This document shows positions 1-12,576 of a stretch of DNA of 64,000 nt, one piece after another. The notes under the pieces were generated by a model that searched no databases, had not been told where the DNA came from, and worked only from the letters and a program-made list of their open reading frames with translations. The DNA is taken from NCBI GenBank assembly GCA_964449245.1, contig CAYUXY010000002.1, positions 39,463-103,462 of the forward strand. The letters are read 5' to 3'. A program made the translations under genes and the position numbers. Source of the DNA: an uncultured Candidatus Saccharibacteria bacterium. GTDB taxonomy: Bacteria; Patescibacteriota; Minisyncoccia; UBA6257; GWB1-50-10. The stretch's first letter is position 1. Each line of letters opens with the position of its first letter.

Positions 1-942
1 TTCTTTTGTCCTTTCCGTGACCGAAACAAGCATTATGTTCATAATGCCGACTCCGCCCACGACAAGAGAAACTGCCGCAACGGAAGCGAGTAAAACGGTT
101 AAAATATCGGTAATCGTCTTTATTTTATTCGCCAAATCGTCCTGCGTTTGTATATAAAAATCATCTTTCTCCGGATCGTCTATGTTGTGGTTTTCCCTAA
201 GCAGTCGCTTTATGTCTTTGGTAGTTTCCTGAACCGAATCTACCGATTCCGCCTCGACAACAATTCTGTTAAAATATCTTGTTCCGAGAATATTCTCCTG
301 TACTGACGTATACGGAGCAAAAACGGCCTTATTGAAATCAATGAATGATCCCTGCCCCTTTGGAGATACTAAACCGACTACCTTGAACTTCTGATCTTTT
401 ATTTTTATTTTTTCACCAATCGGATTAACCGATCCGAAAATTTCTTCACTTACGTCGTCTCCTATCACGGCCACCTTTGATTTTTCGTCAACGTCCGACT
501 CGGTAAAAAATTGCCCTGACGCAATCTCAAGATCAAAATTGTCTTTTATGGATTCCGTACTTCCTATGAGCATCGCATCATATGTTTCGGAATCAAAAGA
601 TGTAGTTACATATCCAAAAGTATATGGAATGACATTTACGGCCTTAGGCAAATTGGATTTTTTATTTAAATCATCAAGATCTTTTTGTTTCAGAGAATCG
701 TTAAGAAGCGTACCGGCGCTGTCAGCCGGACCTTCGGGTTCCTTACCCGGTAAAATAAAAATGTTTGAGGGCCCAAAACTCTGTATCTCGCCTATTACAA
801 GATTTTCGGCACTACGACCTATAGACATTATTGTCATAATCGAAGTAATACCTATTACAATCCCGAGCATTGTAAGCGCGGAACGGCTTTTATGAACCGA
901 TACGCCCTGAATCGCAGTTCGTATTGAATCGGTAATTTTCAT
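1..942 (-). CDS. MacB/FtsX-family ABC transporter permease (3' end outside window)
   Basis: Manual translation MKITDSIRTAIQGVSVHKSRSALTMLGIVIG...; later LASVAAVSLVVGGVGIMNIMLVSVTERT, typical of MacB permeases; follows the ABC ATPase. Confidence 0.9.
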   Translation of the reverse strand, partial: MKITDSIRTAIQGVSVHKSRSALTMLGIVIGITSIMTIMSIGRSAENLVIGEIQSFGPSNIFILPGKEPEGPADSAGTLLNDSLKQKDLDDLNKKSNLPKAVNVIPYTFGYVTTSFDSETYDAMLIGSTESIKDNFDLEIASGQFFTESDVDEKSKVAVIGDDVSEEIFGSVNPIGEKIKIKDQKFKVVGLVSPKGQGSFIDFNKAVFAPYTSVQENILGTRYFNRIVVEAESVDSVQETTKDIKRLLRENHNIDDPEKDDFYIQTQDDLANKIKTITDILTVLLASVAAVSLVVGGVGIMNIMLVSVTERTKE

Positions 943-952
943 ACGCTATATG

Positions 953-1669
953 TTATTTTTTGAAGCCCTCTCTCGCGACAATCCTTCTGTTTACAACAAC
1001 CTCATCTCTGTCTATTTTTCCGTCAACAATATGAATAGTTCTACTGCCGGCTTCCGCAACGTATGATTCATGGGTTACAACAACTATAGTATGTCCCTTC
1101 TCATGTAGCTCCTGAAGAAACCCTAAAATTACACCACCGGATTTTGAATCCAGATTTCCCGTTGGTTCGTCCGCAAAAATTATTTTCGGATCGTTGACAA
1201 GCGCGCGGGCAATCGCAACTCTTTGTTTCTGTCCACCGGAAAGATGCGACGCGGGATAATCAAGCCTGTCGGACAGTCCGACAAGATCAATAACCTCCTT
1301 TGCCTTCTTCTCGCGTCCATCGATTTTTCCTCTGCGATACATAAGAGGTAGCGCAACATTTTCAAGAACAGAAAGTCGTGGTAGGAGATTAAATGACTGA
1401 AATACAAAACCTATTCTATTGTTTCTTATAAATGCGAGCTCATTGTCGGAATACTTTTGTATTTCTTTTCCCTCAAATAAATATCTTCCTCCGGACGGAC
1501 GGTCAAGACAACCGAGAATCTGCATTAAGGTAGATTTGCCGGAACCGGAGGGCCCGACTATAGTTACAAATTCGCCTTCGGTAATAGATATATCTACATC
1601 ATACAGAGCGCGGGTTTCAACTCCATCGTCCTGATAGATTTTTTCAAGTTTTTCTGTTTGTATAAGCAT
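953..1669 (-). CDS. MacB/LolD-type ABC transporter ATP-binding protein
   Basis: Walker A GPSGSGKS, signature LSGGQKQR, Walker [13 protein letters not shown]. Confidence 0.95.
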   Translation of the reverse strand: MLIQTEKLEKIYQDDGVETRALYDVDISITEGEFVTIVGPSGSGKSTLMQILGCLDRPSGGRYLFEGKEIQKYSDNELAFIRNNRIGFVFQSFNLLPRLSVLENVALPLMYRRGKIDGREKKAKEVIDLVGLSDRLDYPASHLSGGQKQRVAIARALVNDPKIIFADEPTGNLDSKSGGVILGFLQELHEKGHTIVVVTHESYVAEAGSRTIHIVDGKIDRDEVVVNRRIVAREGFKK

Positions 1670-1684
1670 TATTTCCGGAAAATA

Positions 1685-3232
1685 TTATCGTACGATTATC
1701 GAATCTTTTTCCGACAAACCTCCCGTTATTTCTGTCTTGCCGTCCGAACCCTTAAGACCAACGGTAATTTCAACTCTCTCCGAATCGCCGTTTATTGCCT
1801 TCCACACGAAATATTTTCCATCTTCTGTTTCTATGTTTCGAGTAGGAACGGATAGAACTCCGAGCCGTTTATTCGTCAAAATATCAACATCGGCAGTCAA
1901 TCCGGAAATAATTCTCGCGTCATCTTCTGTAAAACGTATTTTGGTTTTGTATGTGGCTACACCCTCGAGGACCGTCTCCGATAAATCTATTCCTGATACG
2001 ACAGCATCGAACACAACGCCTCTGCCGTACGCATCAAGCGTTACTTTAGCCGTATCTCCAACTTTTACTTTTGCAATATCTGATTCCGTAATATATGCCT
2101 CTATATCAAAATTACCGGCACCGATTATAGATAAGACCGGAGAATTCGCTGAAATTATATTCCCCTCTTCTTCTATTATCTTCGTCACAACTCCGGAAAA
2201 AGGAGCCGTAAGAATTGTTTTCCCATATTGCGCGCGATAATACGCGAGACTTGCTTGCATTTGCTCAACTTTTGCCTCTTCATCGGCCATCTGTTCGGCC
2301 GTAGATCCTGCGCGAATAAGAGCCAGTTCGCTCTCTATTTTTTGCACTGTAATTTTCTGCGAAGAAATCGCCTGTTCCTGTGAACTAATCGATGCATACG
2401 AAGAATTTACATTGGTTCTCGCAGTGTAAACATTTGCCTTATATCCGCTGATCGTGGTTGCAGTAATGCCTTCAGCTACATCAAGAGCATCGAGCGTGCG
2501 AGTGAGATAATCTCGAATGTATGAAAGTTTTTGTTTTCCGGATAAAATGGCTGTCGTAAATTCATCAATTGTAGCATTGTCATCTAACTGCTGAAGTTCG
2601 ACTCTCCACTCATCCAAATAATGGCCGGCGTAATATCGCATCGATTCAACATCGATTTTCGCCTGCATATTAAGAACCGTAAATGTGAATTTGGGATTTG
2701 ATGTGTCGTCATCGGAAAAAAGATCGTCCGTCTTCGTACGAACGGCATCATCGGCTTTTGCATAGGCATCGTTTAATAAATCTTTTGTTGCGCGGAAATA
2801 GTTGTTTAAGTCTTGTTTTGCCTTATCAAGCTCGGCTTGTTTCACGGAAACTTCTTCAGGCCTTGCGCCATTTTTTAATTCCATAAGATTAGCCTCCGCA
2901 GATTTAAGAGTTGCGGCAGCTTTTTCCACTTCAGCCCAAAGATCGGCTCCTTCCAAACGCACGAGAATTGCCCCACGATCTACTTTTTCTCCGACAACCG
3001 GATAAATACGGCTTATTCTTCCGGACTTTTCAAATGCAAGATCTATACTTCTTGTCGGAACAACTTTTCCGGTTACACTAACTTCTTCAACAACATCTCC
3101 AAGCTCGACAGCAACAACTTCTGATTGTTTTTCTTTTCCGCCGGAAACAAGGGAAATAATTATTATAACGACGGCAACCAATACGACTCCTATTATTAAA
3201 GTTTTCTTTTTATTTTTTATTTTCAATTTCAT
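1685..3232 (-). CDS. MacA/HlyD-family membrane fusion (adaptor) protein with long coiled coil
   Basis: N-terminal TM, lipoyl-like GRISRIYPVVGEKV and APFSGVV motifs, C-terminal EITGGLSEKD; operon context. Confidence 0.9.
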   Translation of the reverse strand: MKLKIKNKKKTLIIGVVLVAVVIIIISLVSGGKEKQSEVVAVELGDVVEEVSVTGKVVPTRSIDLAFEKSGRISRIYPVVGEKVDRGAILVRLEGADLWAEVEKAAATLKSAEANLMELKNGARPEEVSVKQAELDKAKQDLNNYFRATKDLLNDAYAKADDAVRTKTDDLFSDDDTSNPKFTFTVLNMQAKIDVESMRYYAGHYLDEWRVELQQLDDNATIDEFTTAILSGKQKLSYIRDYLTRTLDALDVAEGITATTISGYKANVYTARTNVNSSYASISSQEQAISSQKITVQKIESELALIRAGSTAEQMADEEAKVEQMQASLAYYRAQYGKTILTAPFSGVVTKIIEEEGNIISANSPVLSIIGAGNFDIEAYITESDIAKVKVGDTAKVTLDAYGRGVVFDAVVSGIDLSETVLEGVATYKTKIRFTEDDARIISGLTADVDILTNKRLGVLSVPTRNIETEDGKYFVWKAINGDSERVEITVGLKGSDGKTEITGGLSEKDSIIVR

Positions 3233-3237
3233 ATATA

Positions 3238-3564
3238 TTATTTGCTCTTCGTATTTTTTTGTTTTTTATATTCGACAATTTCTTCTTTTATCTTATCCCG
3301 CGTTTTTATTATGGCATTTCTTACATCCGAATCGTTTGTTTCAGCTCTAAGCATTTTATTAGGAACTTGAAGAGTCGCTTCGGCATAAAATATTTCGCCA
3401 TGCCGATGACGGCTCGTCGATCGTGAAATTTCGATAAAAAGATTTAATTCTCCTTCGGTTTCAAGCGAAGTGGAAAATTTTTTCAATGCTCCGAATTTAT
3501 CGTCTATAAATTTATTAATAGACTGTGTTAAGTCAAGATTTGTAGACTGGACGTTTATATTCAT
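3238..3564 (-). CDS. hpf: Ribosome hibernation promoting factor (short HPF/RaiA)
   Basis: MNINVQSTNLDLT...FYAEATLQVPNKMLRAE...AI fold motif. Confidence 0.85.
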   Translation of the reverse strand: MNINVQSTNLDLTQSINKFIDDKFGALKKFSTSLETEGELNLFIEISRSTSRHRHGEIFYAEATLQVPNKMLRAETNDSDVRNAIIKTRDKIKEEIVEYKKQKNTKSK

Positions 3565-3577
3565 GCAAAAAATTATA

Positions 3578-4921
3578 TCAGGAATTCGCGTTTTTCAAAA
3601 TTTTTCTTATTTCGGCCACAAAAGCATCTTCGGACATTTCTAATTGTGTCCTTTTTGCCACGTCTTTTATTTGAACGGTTCTCTTATTAAATTCATCAAT
3701 CCCTGCTAGCACAATGACAGAAAAACCCTTATTTAATGCGTATGCGAGCTGTCCTTTTATCGTTTTCTCATTTCCAAGATACAGTTCCGTCGAAATGCCG
3801 GACTTTCTCAAACCGGTAGCTATTTTCTGAACATACTGAACTGCGTTTTCGTCAAAATTCAAAACGATTACATCACCAAAAGGGTTCAACGCCGGAGAAA
3901 GATTGAGCGTCGAAAGCGCGGAAAACAGTCTGTCAAATCCTATCGAGAGACCGACTGATGGGATAGAAACATTACCAAAACGTTCGACAAGAGAATCATA
4001 TCTTCCACCGGAACATACACTGCCTATTTCAGGCATATTCAAAAGCGCGGTCTCAAAAACAATTCCGGTATAATATCCGAGACCGCGGGCAATTCGCAAA
4101 TCAACCGCATACGCCTTATCCGGAACTCCGGCGGATTTAATAAATGAGATTGCGGACCTAAGATCGGCAACACCGCTTACATCCGCTCCGCACGAAAGAA
4201 TGTTTTTTTCCGCAAAAGAAAGAGTATCCTCATTTGAAATCCCGGAAAAACAAACGAATTCTAAAATCTTTTCTGCCGTAGATTTTGAAATACCCTGAAT
4301 CGCGGAAAGTTCATTTTTAACTTCTTTTATTCCGCGCTTATCAAGTTTATCTATTATTCTTAAAACTGATTCGAGTTTTTTTTCTGAAAAGCCCGCGATA
4401 AACGGAAGCGCGTTCAATATTTTTCTACTGTTGATTTTAATCGTAAAATCGCCGATTGATAATGCTGAAAGCGTTTCGTATGCGAGTGTTATGATTTCAG
4501 CATCCGAGCACGGGGATGACGCGCCGACGATATCTGCATCACACTGGAGCAACTCCCTAAATCTCCCGAGTTGAGATTTCTCCGCACGCCATACTTTGCC
4601 AATCTGAAATCTTTTAAAAGGTTTTTTAATTGTTGTATATTGCGCAATAACTCGCGCAAGAGGAACGGTAAGGTCAAATCTTAGAGCAAGAACATCGTCT
4701 CCCTTTAACACGCTCGTTTTAAAAATCTGTTTTTTGAAATCCGGATCTCCTCCGATTAATATATTCATTTCTTCTATGCCGGGGGTTTCAAGCTCTCCAA
4801 AACCGAATAATTCAAAAACGCCACGTATGATATTGATCATACGCGCTCTCTTTGCCATATCTTCAGGCAAATAATCCCTAAATCCTGATGCGAGCTCAGG
4901 TTTTATTTTTTTCATCCGCAT
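3578..4921 (-). CDS. hisS: Histidyl-tRNA synthetase
   Basis: GFRDYLP, LRFDLTVPLAR, GRFRELLQCDADI, ARGLGYYTG, SGGRYD motifs. Confidence 0.97.
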   Translation of the reverse strand: MRMKKIKPELASGFRDYLPEDMAKRARMINIIRGVFELFGFGELETPGIEEMNILIGGDPDFKKQIFKTSVLKGDDVLALRFDLTVPLARVIAQYTTIKKPFKRFQIGKVWRAEKSQLGRFRELLQCDADIVGASSPCSDAEIITLAYETLSALSIGDFTIKINSRKILNALPFIAGFSEKKLESVLRIIDKLDKRGIKEVKNELSAIQGISKSTAEKILEFVCFSGISNEDTLSFAEKNILSCGADVSGVADLRSAISFIKSAGVPDKAYAVDLRIARGLGYYTGIVFETALLNMPEIGSVCSGGRYDSLVERFGNVSIPSVGLSIGFDRLFSALSTLNLSPALNPFGDVIVLNFDENAVQYVQKIATGLRKSGISTELYLGNEKTIKGQLAYALNKGFSVIVLAGIDEFNKRTVQIKDVAKRTQLEMSEDAFVAEIRKILKNANS

Positions 4922-4962
4922 ATTTCAATTTTAAACTTTATGTGGCAAATCTTCAATTAAAA

Positions 4963-4990
4963 GCCCGCCCCTCTTAAAGAGGGGCGGGAC
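4963..4990. terminator. GC-rich hairpin, likely intrinsic terminator of the RRM gene
   Basis: gcccgcccctct-taa-agaggggcgggac stem followed by T-run on the minus strand. Confidence 0.7.
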
Positions 4991-5005
4991 TAGGCAAAAG
5001 CTGAT

Positions 5006-5275
5006 TTATTCTCTGGATGGACGGTCAGTCATCGGCCGAGCTTCGTTTACAACGAGAGTTCTGCCTCCGAATTCCTTTCCATTCCACATTTCAATAGCCT
5101 TTTCCATTCCTGCGTCGTCGGCCATTTCAACGAATCCAAAACCGCGAGATCTACCGGTAAATTTGTCCATCATTATTGTGACAGAAACAACTTCACCAGC
5201 CTGAGAAAACGCTTGTTTTAAATCGTCATCCGTACTCTTATACGGAATGCCTCCGACATAAAGTCTCTTTCCCAT
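5006..5275 (-). CDS. Single-domain RRM RNA-binding protein
   Basis: RNP2 LYVGGI and RNP1 RGFGFVEM; true start taken as MGKRLY (ATG at 5275). Confidence 0.93.
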   Translation of the reverse strand: MGKRLYVGGIPYKSTDDDLKQAFSQAGEVVSVTIMMDKFTGRSRGFGFVEMADDAGMEKAIEMWNGKEFGGRTLVVNEARPMTDRPSRE

Positions 5276-5447
5276 TAAAAGTGTGTATTTGTGCGTAGGG
5301 CGACCTCTCCTCCTGCATTGTTTCCTCCCATACGATGGAAAGCCACCTACGCGAAACAGAAACAAATTTATGCTGAGAACCTACTTTATTATTATCCCAC
5401 AATTCAAAAAAAATGCAACTATGAAAGACGGCCGAACACAACCGGAT

Positions 5448-5687
5448 TTATCTTAAAAACACATTTACCCTACTGCCAGGCAAAACCTCAATTAATCCGT
5501 TTGTCGCATATATATTATCGTGTTCACCATTCTTGCCGACAATCTTAATATCCCCTTTAGACAAGAGTGCGAGATACGGGCGGTGATTGTTTAAAATCGT
5601 TATTTCGCCAACAGACGTTTTTAAATTTACCGATTCGGCATCTTTAAAAAAAGTCGGTTTGCTTAATGTATAAACATTTACAACCAT
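5448..5687 (-). CDS. atpC: ATP synthase F1 epsilon subunit (beta-sandwich domain only)
   Basis: GEITILNNHRPY motif; last gene of the atp operon. Confidence 0.88.
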   Translation of the reverse strand: MVVNVYTLSKPTFFKDAESVNLKTSVGEITILNNHRPYLALLSKGDIKIVGKNGEHDNIYATNGLIEVLPGSRVNVFLR

Positions 5688-5694
5688 AATAAAT

Positions 5695-8033
<2,339 letters not shown>

Positions 8034-8040
8034 AAATATT

Positions 8041-9576
8041 TTATTCTTTTATCGTTTCTAAAAATCTTTCGATTGCGCTTTGCGCAAGCTTCTCGGTTTC
8101 TTCTGAAAAATCTCCAGAAGTGCGTATAGTCTCGAGTATGTTTGAATGAAGCTTTGAAAAATAAGTTACCAACTTTTCTTCGGTGTCTTTTAGACGTTCT
8201 ATGGCTATCTTGTCAAAATAACCGCGTAGAGCAGCATAAAAAACTATTGCCTGTTCTTCGAAAGGCATCGGAGCGCCATCTTGCTGTTTTAATATTTCGG
8301 TTATCATTTGTCCGCGAGAAATTTTACTTCTCGTGGATTCATCAAGATCGGAAGAAAATTGGACAAACGCCTGCAATTCTCTGAATTGCGCGAGCTCTAA
8401 TCTTAGTTTTCCCGCAATTTTTTTGATTGCTTTTGTCTGCGCGGCGGAACCGACTCTTGAAACCGAGAGTCCTGCGTTGATTGCCGGACGAATACCCTGA
8501 TAGAAAAAATCGGATTCCAAATATACCTGCCCATCGGTGATTGAAATGACGTTTGTTGGTATGTATGCGGACACATCACCGAGCTGTGTTTCAATAATCG
8601 GAAGAGCGGTTAAAGACCCGCCTCCTTTCTCTTCGCTCAACTTTGCAGACCGCTCCAAAAGACGTGAGTGCAGATAGAAAACATCGCCAGGAAACGCTTC
8701 GCGTCCCGGCGGACGGCGGAGCAAGAGAGATATTTGACGATACGCGGAAGCGTGTTTTGTAAGATCGTCGTATACAATAAGGGCATCCATTCCTTTTTCC
8801 ATGAAATATTCTCCCATAGCGCATCCGCTGTACGGAGCAAAAAACCAAAGCGATGCCGGATCAGACGACGCGGCCGATACAACTATTGTGTATTTCATCG
8901 CTCCCTCCGCCTCAAGCATACGCACAGCCTTAGCGATGTTTGCCTGCTTTTGACCTATCGCGACATAAATACATATAGGAGTTCTCCGTGTCGAATCTTT
9001 CTGTTGATTGATGATGGTATCAAGCGCAATAGCGGTTTTACCGGTTTGCCTGTCTCCAATAATAAGCTCTCTCTGTCCGCGTCCTATCGGGATCATAGAA
9101 TCAATGGCCTTGATTCCCGTATGAAGCGGAGTATTTACGGACTCTCTGGACAAAATTCCCTGAGCGCGTTTTTCAACAAAACCAAATGACGGAGTTTGCC
9201 CATCTTTGAAAATCGGCCCCTTGCCATCTATTGGCTCCCCTAACGGATTAACCACGCGTCCTATCAATGCCTCGCCAACGGGCACAGAAAGAACTTTACC
9301 GAGTCCGGTAACAACGTTGCCCGGCTTAATTTTCGCAAAATCACCGAGAACAATTGCGCCTATTGCATACTCTTCGAGGTTCGATGCGACAGCAAAAACC
9401 GGATCGGAGTCTGTTTCTATTTTCAACATTTCTTGGCTGACAACTCCGGACAAACCGGTTATTTTTACAACTCCATCAGCGACCTCAATAACCTCGCCGG
9501 CTTCTTTATGAACCGGGGTTTCATTTTCAAAATTGGCAATCTGTTTTTTGAGTTTTTCTATTATTTCGTAAGACAT
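8041..9576 (-). CDS. atpA: ATP synthase F1 alpha subunit
   Basis: [31 protein letters not shown]. Confidence 0.98.
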   Translation of the reverse strand: MSYEIIEKLKKQIANFENETPVHKEAGEVIEVADGVVKITGLSGVVSQEMLKIETDSDPVFAVASNLEEYAIGAIVLGDFAKIKPGNVVTGLGKVLSVPVGEALIGRVVNPLGEPIDGKGPIFKDGQTPSFGFVEKRAQGILSRESVNTPLHTGIKAIDSMIPIGRGQRELIIGDRQTGKTAIALDTIINQQKDSTRRTPICIYVAIGQKQANIAKAVRMLEAEGAMKYTIVVSAASSDPASLWFFAPYSGCAMGEYFMEKGMDALIVYDDLTKHASAYRQISLLLRRPPGREAFPGDVFYLHSRLLERSAKLSEEKGGGSLTALPIIETQLGDVSAYIPTNVISITDGQVYLESDFFYQGIRPAINAGLSVSRVGSAAQTKAIKKIAGKLRLELAQFRELQAFVQFSSDLDESTRSKISRGQMITEILKQQDGAPMPFEEQAIVFYAALRGYFDKIAIERLKDTEEKLVTYFSKLHSNILETIRTSGDFSEETEKLAQSAIERFLETIKE

Positions 9577-9586
9577 TTAACTGGTT

Positions 9587-9973
9587 TTATTTATTTTCTG
9601 TTTTTACTAACGCATCTATTTTTCTCTTTATAGTTGCATCTATTATGGTTTCATCATCAATCACGATTCGCACTCCGGCTATTATATCCGGAACTATTAC
9701 ATATTTTATATCCGATTTTTTTCCAAACGCTTTTTCTATTTTAGACACGGATTCGCGAGACAATTTTCTTGCCGAATATACGACAACTCTTTTGCGTTCG
9801 TTACGAATAGACAATTCGTCTTCCAAATATTCGGTTATTTTTTCGGTTTCTCCTTTATTTCCTAATTGTACGCACATTTTTGCAAATCCTTTTATGATCG
9901 CATCCTGCTTTTTAGGATGCGCGTCTAACAGCGCAAATAGTGCTTTTGAATACAATCGAGGAGAATACTTCAT
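9587..9973 (-). CDS. atpH: ATP synthase delta subunit (short form)
   Basis: YSKALF N-terminus, IIAGVRIVIDDETIIDAT C-terminus; position in operon. Confidence 0.85.
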   Translation of the reverse strand: MKYSPRLYSKALFALLDAHPKKQDAIIKGFAKMCVQLGNKGETEKITEYLEDELSIRNERKRVVVYSARKLSRESVSKIEKAFGKKSDIKYVIVPDIIAGVRIVIDDETIIDATIKRKIDALVKTENK

Positions 9974-10476
9974 ATTTTTATTTTCATTGCTTCGCGAACA
10001 GCCTGTTCAACAAGAGCATTATCTATGTCATCCGGAGATTTTTCTGCAATCAAACGTATTGCATTAGACACAAGAGACGCAGCCTCCTTGTTCAATTCGG
10101 CTCTTGTATCATTAGCTATCTGTTCAACTTTTTTCTCCGCTCCTTTCAAAATTTCCGCTTCTTTTAATTTAGCGCGGTTAATATATTCTGACTCTTTAGC
10201 TTCGGCGACCTTCTCCGCGGCCTCTATTACAACCAGTGATTTTTTATCTGCCTCAGACATTTTCTGAGCAAGAATCAAATCAGCGTTTTTTAATCTTTCT
10301 GATGCTGAATCAGAATCACGAATTCCCTGCTCTATCTTTTCGCGACGTTTATTCAAAACGTTGACAATGGGTTTATATAGAGTAACGCGCAAAACAATCA
10401 GAATAACCAAAAAATTCACTGCCTGAGCGAGTAAAAGTTGCCATTCAATTCCTAATTTTTCGATCAATTCTTGCAT
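9970..10476 (-). CDS. atpF: ATP synthase Fo b subunit
   Basis: QAVNFLVILIVL...YKPIVNVLNKRREKI; coiled coil. Confidence 0.93.
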   Translation of the reverse strand: MQELIEKLGIEWQLLLAQAVNFLVILIVLRVTLYKPIVNVLNKRREKIEQGIRDSDSASERLKNADLILAQKMSEADKKSLVVIEAAEKVAEAKESEYINRAKLKEAEILKGAEKKVEQIANDTRAELNKEAASLVSNAIRLIAEKSPDDIDNALVEQAVREAMKIKI

Positions 10477-10509
10477 TGGTTAATTAACTGTAAAACTTAT
10501 GATTATTGA

Positions 10510-10737
10510 TTAAACAAACTTCAAAATAAGGGAGACTACGAGGGCGTAAATAGCGAGAGCTTCCGTAAATGCGACCGCAAGAATCATAGCGGTTTGAATT
10601 TTAGGGGCAGCCTCAGGATTTCTGCTCATAGCATCCGTTGCTTTCGAACCAATCCAACCTATAGAAAAGGCCGGAACAAGCGTTCCCATTCCCATAACTA
10701 TGGCGATTGTGACTAATTTCATTATTTCTGGATCCAT
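10510..10737 (-). CDS. atpE: ATP synthase Fo c subunit
   Basis: RNPEA loop; conserved Glu in AFTEALAIY. Confidence 0.96.
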   Translation of the reverse strand: MDPEIMKLVTIAIVMGMGTLVPAFSIGWIGSKATDAMSRNPEAAPKIQTAMILAVAFTEALAIYALVVSLILKFV

Positions 10738-10775
10738 ACTTTTATATTTTTATTTTTTTATTTTCGACCTTTTTT

Positions 10776-11519
10776 CTAATGTTCGGTTTCTGCTGTAGAA
10801 ATTGAAATAAATACAAGCGTAAGCGTTGCAAACACGAATGCCTGTATAAATCCTACAAAAATTTCCATAAAAAGAAACGGCAACGGTATAAAATACGGCG
10901 CAAGCACACCTATTATAATCAAAAGAACTTCTCCGGCAAAAATATTTCCGAAAAGCCTGAACGAAAACGATATAATTTTTGCAAATTCAGAAATAAATTC
11001 CAATAAGCCGACGAACGTGTATATTGGATTTTTTAATGTAAAAAATCTCCTGCTGTATCTTATAAACCCCGCGGCGAGAATACCAAATAAATTTACACCG
11101 ATAACGGCAATTATTGCAATTGCAATTGTAAAGTTCAGATCTGCCGAGGGAGCGCGAAAAAGAGGCACAAACATATTGTGTCCATTGTGCATCTCCCAGA
11201 TGCCGATTGAGCCTACACCGGGCATAAGTCCGAGCCAGTTGGAGAGTACGACGACTAAAAATATTGTTGCTATAAGCGGTAAATACTGTTCAGTCTTTTT
11301 TCTCTCTCCTAAAACAGAGTCCATAAGGCCCATAAGACCCTCGATCGCAATTTCAACAAAATTCTGAAATCCTCCGGGAACCAAGGCCATTTTTCTCTTA
11401 ACCGCCAAACCGGCAATGATAGCTATACAAAAAACAAAAAGGCTGACAATAAGCGAATTGGTAACAGTAAAAGACCCTATATGAAACAATGCCTCCGCTT
11501 TGAGTGATATGTCCGACAT
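10776..11519 (-). CDS. atpB: ATP synthase Fo a subunit
   Basis: SFRLFGNIFAGE, FIQAFVF. Confidence 0.97.
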   Translation of the reverse strand: MSDISLKAEALFHIGSFTVTNSLIVSLFVFCIAIIAGLAVKRKMALVPGGFQNFVEIAIEGLMGLMDSVLGERKKTEQYLPLIATIFLVVVLSNWLGLMPGVGSIGIWEMHNGHNMFVPLFRAPSADLNFTIAIAIIAVIGVNLFGILAAGFIRYSRRFFTLKNPIYTFVGLLEFISEFAKIISFSFRLFGNIFAGEVLLIIIGVLAPYFIPLPFLFMEIFVGFIQAFVFATLTLVFISISTAETEH

Positions 11520-11660
11520 ATATGAATTTATGCAAACTTCTTAGTCGAAACGCACACCGCAAAAAATAGGAGCCGAAATAAAGTGGTCCCGACTACCAAA
11601 TGATAATAGAAATGGCATAAAAATCAAGCCATATATAAATTATGTGAATAATGCCCGATT

Positions 11661-12497
11661 TTATGCGCTAACTATTGCCTCAATCTCTGCAAAAACTTTG
11701 TTTTCCCCGTTCTTTGAAAGATTCAAGCCCCTAAGAACATCTCGATTTTCAAAAATGTCACGGCACAAAACAATTCCTCTGTCGAGCAAAAACTGTTTTT
11801 GACCTCCGTTTAGAGTAGTAATACACGTAACCGGATGCATCCTGAATCGCTCAACGAGTGCCTGTAAATTATTTTCATCTGGATAGCTCCACCCGACAAT
11901 GTTCATTCCCGCGCATTTTCCATATTGAATCGCGTCATCCGTCAATTTTGTGTTTGTGACTAACCAAACACCGTTAAATGCCATCTCACTATTTTTTTCC
12001 TTTGCGGATCGGATATCTTCAAATCTTGCGTGTACATAAAGAGCGGTTTTTACATCCGATTTTATGCCGAATTGATTATGAAATTTACATTCTATCATCT
12101 CTTTTTTGCCATTTTTTTCTGCAACCACATCTACTTCATGGTTTACACAGGCACCAGACACTTGCACGGACACAGCCGTTTTGTATCCCATTGCCTCAAA
12201 AATCCGCGCGACAAAATACTCAAATGGATGCCCGGTCGGACCCATTTCCATAATTGCCTTTCGCAGATGATATTTTGACGCGATGATCCGAGACTCTCTC
12301 GTTAAAATTTTGAATGCGGCCCGATAAATCTTTTCCGTTGAATTAAGCTTCCCGCGCTCGACATCTTTTCTGATTCGCAGAACCACCTTATCGATCAAAT
12401 CCGTGGCCGCTCCGGAACGGGAGAGCGAACGTCTAAGTTTTTCGTCTGAAAAAATCTCCTGAATCCCAGAATGTTTTGTAATTAAAACTTGCTTCAT
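11661..12497 (-). CDS. ATP-cone domain fused to an Mrr-like PD-(D/E)xK nuclease domain
   Basis: N-terminal ITKHSGIQEIFSDEKLRRSL (ATP cone); FEYFVARIF...HEVDVVA...IECKFH nuclease motif. Confidence 0.8.
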   Translation of the reverse strand: MKQVLITKHSGIQEIFSDEKLRRSLSRSGAATDLIDKVVLRIRKDVERGKLNSTEKIYRAAFKILTRESRIIASKYHLRKAIMEMGPTGHPFEYFVARIFEAMGYKTAVSVQVSGACVNHEVDVVAEKNGKKEMIECKFHNQFGIKSDVKTALYVHARFEDIRSAKEKNSEMAFNGVWLVTNTKLTDDAIQYGKCAGMNIVGWSYPDENNLQALVERFRMHPVTCITTLNGGQKQFLLDRGIVLCRDIFENRDVLRGLNLSKNGENKVFAEIEAIVSA

Positions 12498-12576
12498 ATT
12501 AATTATTATACCTCACCGACAGCTTATTGCGCCAAATAAATCTATGAGGTATGGTAAAATCGCATTTAAAAACAAT

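Noticed and set aside
10510-10737. Na+-coupled ATP synthase
   Set aside because: The c subunit has E followed by A rather than ES/ET and lacks the helix-1 Gln/Glu, so it looks H+-type.
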